The notes beneath the pieces were generated by a model. The model was not told the origin of the DNA, made no database searches, and worked only from the letters and a program-made list of their open reading frames with translations. DNA of 56,029 bases from Psammoneis japonica (Eukaryota), in NCBI GenBank assembly GCA_008632985.1, contig QPGO01000010.1, forward strand, positions 868,001-924,029, in the 5' to 3' direction. Position 1 is the first letter of the stretch. Each line of letters opens with the position of its first letter. This document shows positions 46,869-56,029 of the stretch, in pieces. The translations under genes and the position numbers were made by a program.

Positions 46869-49800
46869 GGGCAGAGCACATTGCTGCAAAGGCATGTTGG
46901 GTTGGGAGCTGGAGGAGGCAACAAAAGTCAAGCAGGCAGGCCAGTGCAATTGTGAGCAGCTTGGGGTGTGTGGCTTGTTGCAGGGTGAGATGCAAGCAGT
47001 CCTGGAGGCTCCAGGTTGGCTGTCATGTGAGTTGGTGGTTTTGCATGGCAAACATTGGTGGCAGAGTTGTTGGGCTGGGTGTTGGATCAGTCCCTGGAGG
47101 AAGACTTGGCTGCAGACTCAAACTTGACTGTGGACTTGGGTTGGGAGCAGGAGGAGGCAAAGGAGGCAGGACAGTCTGAGTTGGACTGGCATCAGGTTTG
47201 GTGTGCTCTTGGGTGTGGGCAGCAGGAGACACCAAGGAGGCAGATCAGGCGGGCCTGCAGATGAAGCAAGGTGTTGCAGCCTGGGTGTCATGTGATTTGA
47301 TTGATGGGTGTGGATGAAGGTGTGCCAGATGTTGGACAGCTCAAAGTTTCAGATGGAGAAGTTGAGGGCAACATTGAAGGCATGAGAAGCAGAAAATTGC
47401 TTGGTCCTGCTGAAGGCACATTGTCAGGGGCTGAACAAGAACTCAGCACTGAAGACAGAGCAGCCAAGGCACTGTCAAGAAAGGGATGAAAGACAGAGCA
47501 GATTGCTCAGTTTTGGCTGAAAAAGTGCTGTTTTAAAGATGGGCCAAAGGTGATGCAGGCTTGGTGAAGGAGGGCCAGCCATTGAATCTGGTGTGCATGA
47601 GATGGGTTGCACTTTGCCTGGGGCTGGGACCAGCCAGAGAGAGGAATGCTTGCCATTGTCAAAATGCTGAAATGGCACATGGATCCAATCTTCTTAGTTG
47701 CTGCAAAACCTTGCACATGCTGGCTGCAAAATGTTTGCTTGCAAAGCACTCAATGCCAAGCAGCGCGCAGTGCACTGGCACTAGACATTCAAATGATGTG
47801 GCCTGAGCTGTGCATCAACAGCTGTCACAACAATTTGGTTGCTGGCACACTGTCATCTCAAGCTTGCTCTTTGCTTGGACCACAAATGAACAATCCTGCA
47901 GCAATGGAAATGCTGGAAGTGCTGCTGTGTGTCCTCTTCACAAGGCCTTCATGGCAGATTCACAAGACACTTGTTCAGTCACAAATCAAACAGCACAAGG
48001 AGGACACAAGCCTGCTGCAGAAAGAGCTTGAGTGTTGGGCAAGTGCTCCATGTGCTTTTTCATGGGGGGGGGGGGGGGAGAAATGTCAACAAGACAGCCG
48101 GCTCTCACACCACAAGGACAAAGTTGTTGTTCCAGCATTGCTGTGCAGGCAGAAGCGGGTGACTTGCTGGTGTCTTCCCCAGCTGTGCCATCCCAGAGAG
48201 ACACAACCTGAAATGTTGGTTGCCCAACACTTTTTCACTGGTGCTGCACACCAGCTGCAGCATGTTTCACAAAAGGGAAAATTGGGGTTGTGGGAAGTTG
48301 CCAGGGAAAAGGTGGCTAAAGTTTCCCCACAGGGACCCCATGCTGTGTGCAGAGACATGACAGGGGAGCACAGCACGGTCAAGGAAAAAGGAAAAAAAAC
48401 TGCACGTTTGATTGACTCCACAAAAAGCTGGTTTGAGGTCACTGGCACATCTGCAAAGTGCGCTGACATTGTGTCCAGTGTTGTTGAGCAACAAGCATGG
48501 CCACACAGATGTGGACAACCAAGAAATGAAATCTTCAACAGAGGAGCTGATCTTTTCATGATCTTTTCAGTCAAACAACACAAAAGGACTTGCCTTCAAA
48601 AGAAACCCTCTCCAGCTGTGCAGGCAGTTCTTTACAAAACCTGCAGGGTTTGTGCTGGAACTTGTGTGGAATTTGATGAGGGTGCAGTTCCATTTTGACG
48701 AGGACAAGTGGAAATGCACAGTCCACTTTAGCACATGTTAGACAAGGATGCCTGAGGAGGAATCCTCTTCATTTCCTTCATTCCAGTCAAATGCTCCTGA
48801 TTTGGCATGCCGCGCCACAAGAAAAGGCCATGCACATCACACTTTGATGCATCTTGCCATGGCACACATCATGGGGCAGATGTGTTTTTCATGGGTGATC
48901 TCTTTCCATCATTGTCGTGAAGAGGTTGATGCATTGGTTTGGTCTCCTGGGGTGCTTTGGTTGCTGCGCATGCTGCAAATGGTTGCATGCCTTGACTCGC
49001 AACTCAAATGCGGCACAGTGCGGGTGACATCTGAATGGTCGACAACTTTGCCGCAGTGAGCTCTTTCTACATTTTCTCATTTTATGCCAGTTGAATGCTC
49101 ACCAAAGGTTGTTGTTGCATTTTGTCACAGCTTGCAAGGTTGATTGATTGTCTTGTGCGGTTGATTGTCGCTTCTGCAACATTGGCAACTTTTTCACCGC
49201 GTTTGCACCACCAAGTGCATCCGTTTGGGAGCTTTGTGCTTCATCCCACTGCACATCCTGTGGTGCAACCATTGTTGACATTAAGATGGACTTGTGATGC
49301 ACTTGACATCCTTCTTGGGGTTTTGGTTGGTGCACAACAATGGCACGTCATTTTTTGGGCATCACAATTTTTGAAAAGTGCACGCCGATTGGAACAAAAT
49401 GACGTGATGGAGCCTCGGGGATGCTCCTGACGTTGGTGTTTGTCGTGCAGTTTTGTCATTGTCCAAAGAAGACAAACCAGTGAGTGTGTTGCAGTCAACT
49501 GGCTTTTTGACCCTTTTTGACAAAATTTGCATGCCTCACAAGCCTCTTTTTGTGAGTCTGGTCAATGTGCACAGGTGTCTGGTCTACAGCGGCCCCTTTC
49601 TTCCTGCTCTGCAATGGTGTCATCTTTGCTGTCTGTCATGTTGCTTGTGCTGTCCATGTTGTTTTGGGAGAACTTGGCAGTGTGCCTTCCAGTCTGGGCT
49701 TTGCACTTGGTAAAATGGAGAAAGGGAGGAGGAGAATGGTTTTGCTGGTCTCCTCATGAATGCAACGAACCGCTGGTGACACTTGGGGCCATGAAATTTG

Positions 49801-52698
49801 GCCGGGTGACTCACAAGTCTTTTGACATCATTTGTTGATTTGGGAAATTTGGTTTCTGAAACTTTCAGTCTGGAGAGGAAATGGATGGAATGGTGTGGGA
49901 CCTGCTGAAGATTTGTGGCAGAGCACTTGGCAGGCATGCTGCTGTGCATTGACTGTGGAGTTAGTCAGCTGTGGGGGTGTGCTTTTCTGCATTTTCTGTG
50001 AGCAATGAAGCAGCAGATGTTGTGTTTAGACAGCCCATGGCGTGTCACTGTTCTTTAGAGTGTTTGCTCCACCGGCACTGGAGAGCAGATCAAGAGCTGC
50101 GGCGCCAATCATCTGGTCATTGTGCACGCACATTGAACGCATTGCAGAGCCTGCAAATCTTCTCTCTCCTCCTCCTCCTTTTCTCTTTTTTTTTTTCTTC
50201 ACAAACTTGGAGCTGCCAGGAGCCACCTGCATGACCAGACATGTGCCAATTTCTGGCAATCATCCAGCTGTGCAGGCAGCTCTTTACAAAACCTGTGGGG
50301 CTCATGCTGGAACTTGTGTGGGATTTGACAAGGGTGCTGTTCCATTTTGACGAGGACAAGCAGAAATGCATGGTCCACTTTAGCACATGTTTGACAAGGA
50401 TGCCTGAGGAGGAATCCTCTTCATTTCCTTTGTTCCACTCAAATGCTCCTGATTTGGCATGCCGCACCACAAGAAATGGCCACGCACATCACATTTTGAT
50501 GCATCTTGCCATGGCACACATCATGGGGCAGACGTGTTTTTCATGAGTGATCTCTTTCTGTCATTGTCACAAAGAGGCTGGTTGGTTTGGTCTCCTGGGG
50601 TGCTTTGGTTGCTGCACAACATGCTGCAAATGGTTGCGTGCCTCGACTCGCAACTCAAAAATGCAGTGCGGTGTGGGCAACATCTGAATGGTCGACAACA
50701 TTCCCATGGCAAGTTCTTTCTACATTTGCTCATTTCATGCCATTTGAATGCTCGCTGAAGATTGTCACTGCATTTTGTCACAGCTTGTGAGGTCGATTGA
50801 TTGTCTTGTGCGGCCGATTGTCACTTCTGCAACATTGGCAACTTTTTCACATTGTTTGCACCACCAAAGTGCATCTGTGTGTGGGAGCCTTGTGCTTCAT
50901 CCCACTGCACATCCTGTGGTGCAACTGTCTTTGACATCAAGACAGGCTTGTGATGCACTTGATGTCCTTCTTGGGGTCTTGGTTGGCACACAATGATGGC
51001 ATGTCATTTTTTGGGCATCACAATGTGCGTGCACGCCGATTGGAACAAAATGACGTGATGGAGCCTCGGGGACACTCCTGATGTTGGTGTTTGTCATGCA
51101 GTCTTGTCATTGTCCAAAGAAGACAAACCAGCAAGTGTGCTGCAATCAGCTGGCTTTTTGACCCTTTTTGTCAAAATTTGCATGCCTCATGAGCCTCTTT
51201 TTGTGAGTCTGGTTGATGTGCGCAGGTGTCTGGTCTACAGTGGCCCTTTCTTCCTGCTCTGCAATGGTGTCATCTTCGCTGTCTGTCATGTTTGCTGTCC
51301 ATGTTATTTTGGGAGAATTTGGCAGTGTGCCTTCCAGTCTGGGCTTTGCACTTGGTAAAATGGAGAAAGGGAGGAGGGAGGATGGTTTGGCCAGTCTCCT
51401 TGCAAATGCAACAAACTGCTGGTGACACTTGGGGCCATAAAATTTGGCCGGGTGACTCACAAGTCTTTTGACATTGTTTGTTGATTTGGGAAATTGGTCT
51501 CTGAAATTTCAGTCTAGAGGGGAAATGGACAGAACAGTGTGGGACCTGCTGAAGATTTGTGGCAAAGCATTTGGTGGGCATGCTGTTGCATGTCGACTGT
51601 GGAGTTAGTCAGCTGTGGGTGTGTGCTTTTTCTGCATTTTTCATGAGCAGCGAAGCAGCAGACATTGCATTTAGATGGCCCATGGCACGTCACTGTTCTT
51701 TAGACTGTTTGCTCTGCTGGCGCTGGAGAGCAGATCAAGAGCTGCAGCGCCAATCATCTGGTCATCGTGCATGTGCATTGAACACATTGCAGAGCCTGTG
51801 AATCTTCTCTCTCCTCCTCTTTTTCCTCTGCTTTTTTTTTCACAAACTTGGAGCCACCTGCATGACCAGACACATGCCAAATTTCTGATGTGCAGGGAGG
51901 AGCTGATTGAAAAATTGCAGTGTTGCCCATGTTGTGCTGCCGGTGCTCCTGGTGTTCCATTTTGTTGTTGTGTCCATGCCTCATTGCTGTCATCTCTTCA
52001 CAAGACCTGTTTCATCAACTGTCTTTGCCACATGTGCCACATGTGACCGTGTGTTGTGCCACCCAGGTGCTTCCTCTGGCAAGCAATGGATGTCCATGGG
52101 GAAACACCATGTTGTTCTTTTTGGGCCATGTGGTGCAGTGCTGCTTCTGCACAATGATGATTGCACTCACAACCTGGTTCAATTTCAACATGGATCTTCA
52201 CATCATGGTGGAATGCCGTGGTTCGCGACAAGAATGACAGCAAGAATTTGGCTGCTGACTGCCCAAAACCACTCATTTCAACAACAATGCACCATGTGCT
52301 GGTTCTCCATCATCCCCTGAGATCGACAGTGCCATGACACAGGTCCTCACTCCACCATTGCCGTCAAGCCAAAGCACGCAAAACGAAAAAGACGATCTTC
52401 CATCAACAATGCAGACGCAAAAACAGGCCAAACAATGTCATTTCTACACCATGCACAATTGCTTGTGGGTTGATTGATGAGTTGGAGGCCTGTCAGGGTG
52501 GTGGCAATGTGTTGCCATGTCAGCAGCGGTGGCATTTTGGTCATTGTGGTGTGTTTTGTGCCCATTTGTGTGAACTCTGTGACGGTGTGCATTCCGACCG
52601 CACAAACAAAAAACATGTGGAAGCAGTGCCATTTTGTGTGGCCCAAAAAGAACAACATGGTGTTTCCCCGTGGACATTTGTCACTTGCTGGAGGGAGC

Positions 52699-55600
52699 AT
52701 GGGAGTCGCCTCAGCAGGGAAACTCTTGCATCATCTGGAGAAAGTCTCTCTTGACAAGAATCTCACCTGCGTTCTCTGTTTTGGGGCACGTCAGGTTGGT
52801 TGCAGTGTCTCCATCATTGCTTTTGATGCAAACTGGCTCTCCCAAAAGCTGCCATTAAAAAAGAAGGGTCCCATGTCATGAGTTGTTGATCTCATCAAGA
52901 CAAGTTTCTTCTGATTGAAATCCATGCAATCGCTGTTGCTGATGGCATGAAGCATCACCATTCAAAGAAAGCAACCCCCAAAAAAATTGCCAAGACTGAA
53001 CAAGCCAAGCTTGACTGTCCAGTGCTTTGAAAGAAAATTTTTGAGAAAGCAGAGTGGACTCATCCACCGTCTGTTGCTCTGCAAGAGCTCTCTGAGTTGA
53101 AGAAAGAGATGACATGTCTTGAAAAGAAGGTGACTGCAAAAGAGAGCTGCGCTCAAGAAGAGATTCCTTTGGATTTTGTCAACAACTTGGAGTTTGAGGT
53201 CAACAAGCTCAATGAGGACAGCAAGATTTAAGCACATGCCAAGCCATTGGCAGCAAACACACAGGTGGATTGTGTCATTTGCAAGCAGGCTGCATGCCAA
53301 GAGATTGATGGCGCCATCGCAAATGGCTCGGATTTTTGTGTTGCAGCCAGGAAGGACATGTTGCTCATCAAGAATTTCACGTTTGGGCACAGAAAGGGTT
53401 TGTCAGCTCTTCAGAACATGATGTTGGCAGCTTCAGTGGAATCTGTCTTGGCGGATGCAGTTCAAGATGGCATTGGGAAGGACAACACGAGTTGCACCAC
53501 AAAATCCAAAACACCACTTTTCCAAAAGGAAGACCCAATGATGAGGGCAATGATTGCTGTTGAAATTGGGTGCAACACTCTGCCTGGCGGGGTCCCAAGT
53601 GTTGGCACCAAAAGCATTGAAGAGTTCTTCAGTGCCAAGCCCAACGCGTCTGTGGATGATCTTGCATTGCACTGCGAGAGCAAGTCATCCATGAACCCAA
53701 CTGTGCTTTGTGCATTTGGTTTGGCCATGATCTGTGAGCCTGGCAACACATGTGATGAGCCGGTGTTGCAAAAGACACACTCATTCATGGCCCTCCAACA
53801 GCTCTCCTGGATCATCTTAGAAAGTTTGCTGCTGGGACAGACATTGTGGTAGATGATTCTGTTGGCAGAAGTGACTGCTGCAGTTGTTGTGGCATTGGTC
53901 ATGTGTTTGCCACCAGCAAGGACTTCAAATTGTGTTTGGAATGCAAGTCAACACTTTGCAAGCTTTGGTGTCATGGATGCAAAGGAGGCAGACTCTGCAA
54001 GAGTCAATGTGCCACACTGCATCTCATGTCTGAGTGCTGCTGTGGGTGTTGACACCAAGGCGGAAGAGTCTCAGATGTCAACATCTAGGATGCATGAGGA
54101 ACTTCTGTCTGCAAATGTGCGCGACATTGCCAACCTGTCCATCAATGAAGTGGAAGAGCTGCATGATGCAACAGTCAATGGAAAACACAATGAGATTGAT
54201 GGTTTGGATGACACTCAGTTTCCGGAGTGGCCTTCAAGTGAGACAAACAATTCATTGCATCTTCTAAAGAAAGTGCCACTAGATTTTGGTGATGGAGCAC
54301 TGTTCCTTCAAGCTGAGGAACTGGAGGACAAAGAGATCTGCAGTGTGGTTTGCATTCTCTCTGAGCTTTTGAAGTTCTCTGGCTTGCTGGACAAGAGCAA
54401 AAGCATGCATGAGCAAGCTGTTCCTGACATTGTTGCTCATTTTGCTCGAGAATCAAGATGAGACAGTGGTGAGCAGCTGATGAAGCACACAAATTGGCAC
54501 ACTGCTGATCCTTGGTCTCAATCACTCGTGACAGCAACGGGTGCCATTTGTTGTGATTGCAACCTTGATGTGGCCTGCACTCTCATTGATGGAATGGCGT
54601 GGGCATCTGTGAAGGATGAGACACATGAAACAAGAGTGCACTTTTCTGCTGAAAGGCTCATTTGCTGCAGCTGCACATGCAAAGCTGGTTCACAGGGATT
54701 GGAGAAGGTCATCTGTGTTCATGCTCTCTCCATCAAACAGAAATTGTGTCATTTGCTTGTTGATGGTCCAGCTGAACATGCGGTGTGTGAGTTGTCCACT
54801 TGGTGGCAGGCGCCCAGTCCAGCTCTTAATGCACAAGTGGCAACTGATCTTCAAACTGACATTCTTTACCTGCTCAGCGTGGTTGATGCCTCCAAATGGA
54901 CTGGCTTGGCAGATGATGTTGCTGTTGGCACCATCTTGTCAAAACACTCCGTCAGAACTGAGAATGCAAAAGCACCGCCCATGCTGCTTCCAGTCAACAC
55001 CGCATTCCAGCCACTCCACACCTGCCTTTTTCAAAATCTGGCACAGAAATTCATCAATGAGATCAAGGGTGCAATGGATGCTGTTCATTCAGTTGATCAA
55101 TCTGCTTCTGTTTCTGCAGACCCATGCAATGCTTCCACTGAAGCTCCAGACTGCAAGCACATCATTGCTGTGAAACTAACTTTGTGCAACATTCTTGAGC
55201 GGCATGAGAAAGCAGGCAACTTCCTCAACTCCAGTTCAAAAAAGAAAACAGCTGACTGCATTGGCAACCACCTGTCTGCCTTTTGAGCATCAACTGGGGC
55301 CCCCAAACTTGTGACCAGGGACAGTGTCCAAATGTGCAACAAGCTGTCAATGGCATTGTTGGACGTGTGCAAAAGAGGATGTGTGGACCAGAATCCTGTG
55401 ATTTGCAAGGTCAACTCACATGCCAGTAAAAAGACTGCCACAGAAAATGATGCAGATTCAATTGATGTGCAACACGAATCCAAACCGCTGGCCAAGAAGC
55501 AATGGAAAAGTGTGGCTGGTTGGGAACTGATGAGCTGTTTCCTGGTGCAATGTCTGACTCTGATTGTTTCAATGAAACAGGAGTGTTGGAAGTGCAGCGT

Positions 55601-55930
55601 CAGTTTCAAGAGTGCAGTGGCAGGGTGCCGTTCACCCTCATCCTTGACTGTGGCCATCGATCGACTTGGGCGGCGCGGCACAATGTCCAGTTTGTGCTGC
55701 AAGCAACATTTGCACAGAGTGACAAGAAGTTCTCCACCGTTGATGTGCTGAGAGCTGCAAGTGTTGCTGCTGATCCTTCTGGAAATGAACAGGCTGTGCG
55801 TGTTGGAAAAATGTCATCATTCGTGAAGCGAGGAATGGAGACGCACAAGAATGTTGTGCGATTGTGCAACGCCTGGCTTGCGCGGAGCTTCCAAGCCAAC
55901 TTCATGTTCAAACTAGTGTTGCAGCTGTGG
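52699..55930 (+). mobile_element. Duplicate of the XPG-SWIM-DDE element remnant
   Basis: Near-identical to 27201-30430. Confidence 0.75.
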
Positions 55931-56029
55931 TTGACAACACTGCACTCAGAATTGGAGCTTGGTGGGCTGCCACCTGAAGCTGTGCTGGGCATGCCACACA
56001 GTTCAGGGCTGTGGCTGCTGGGTGATCTT

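Larger units (their letters stand above)
34954..56029 (+). repeat. Segmental duplication, copy B (runs off the window end)
   Basis: Same genes and repeats in the same order and orientation as copy A. Confidence 0.97.
41045..56029. other. TpA-depleted domain, duplicate copy
   Basis: Same composition as above. Confidence 0.92.

Overview
Eukaryotic DNA, almost certainly from a diatom, because it carries a spliced silicon transporter (SIT) gene. A roughly 6-kb gene island with ordinary base composition (SIT, an LCMT/PPM1-like pseudogene, an unknown degenerate ORF and a Golgi-type sulfotransferase) is flanked by decayed transposon and repeat DNA. At least 21 kb, starting at 9446, is repeated almost identically from 34954 to the window end (offset about 25.5 kb). 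The SIT in the second copy has a 1-bp frameshift. The most striking signal is in the non-genic DNA: TpA dinucleotides are nearly absent, CpG is strongly reduced, TpG/CpA is in excess, and the borders are sharp. Comparing repeat copies inside the window shows TA versus TG/CA changes directly. This points to a repeat-targeted A:T->G:C hypermutation at TpA, the opposite polarity to fungal RIP. It also explains the hundreds of Tyr-free, Cys/His-rich ORFs in the track. Reversing the changes by eye reveals a truncated Copia-type LTR element and an unusual element combining an XPG/FEN1-like nuclease, a Cys-rich finger, a SWIM finger and a Harbinger/ISL2EU-type DDE transposase C-terminus. Dinucleotide statements come from visual inspection, and no database searches were run.
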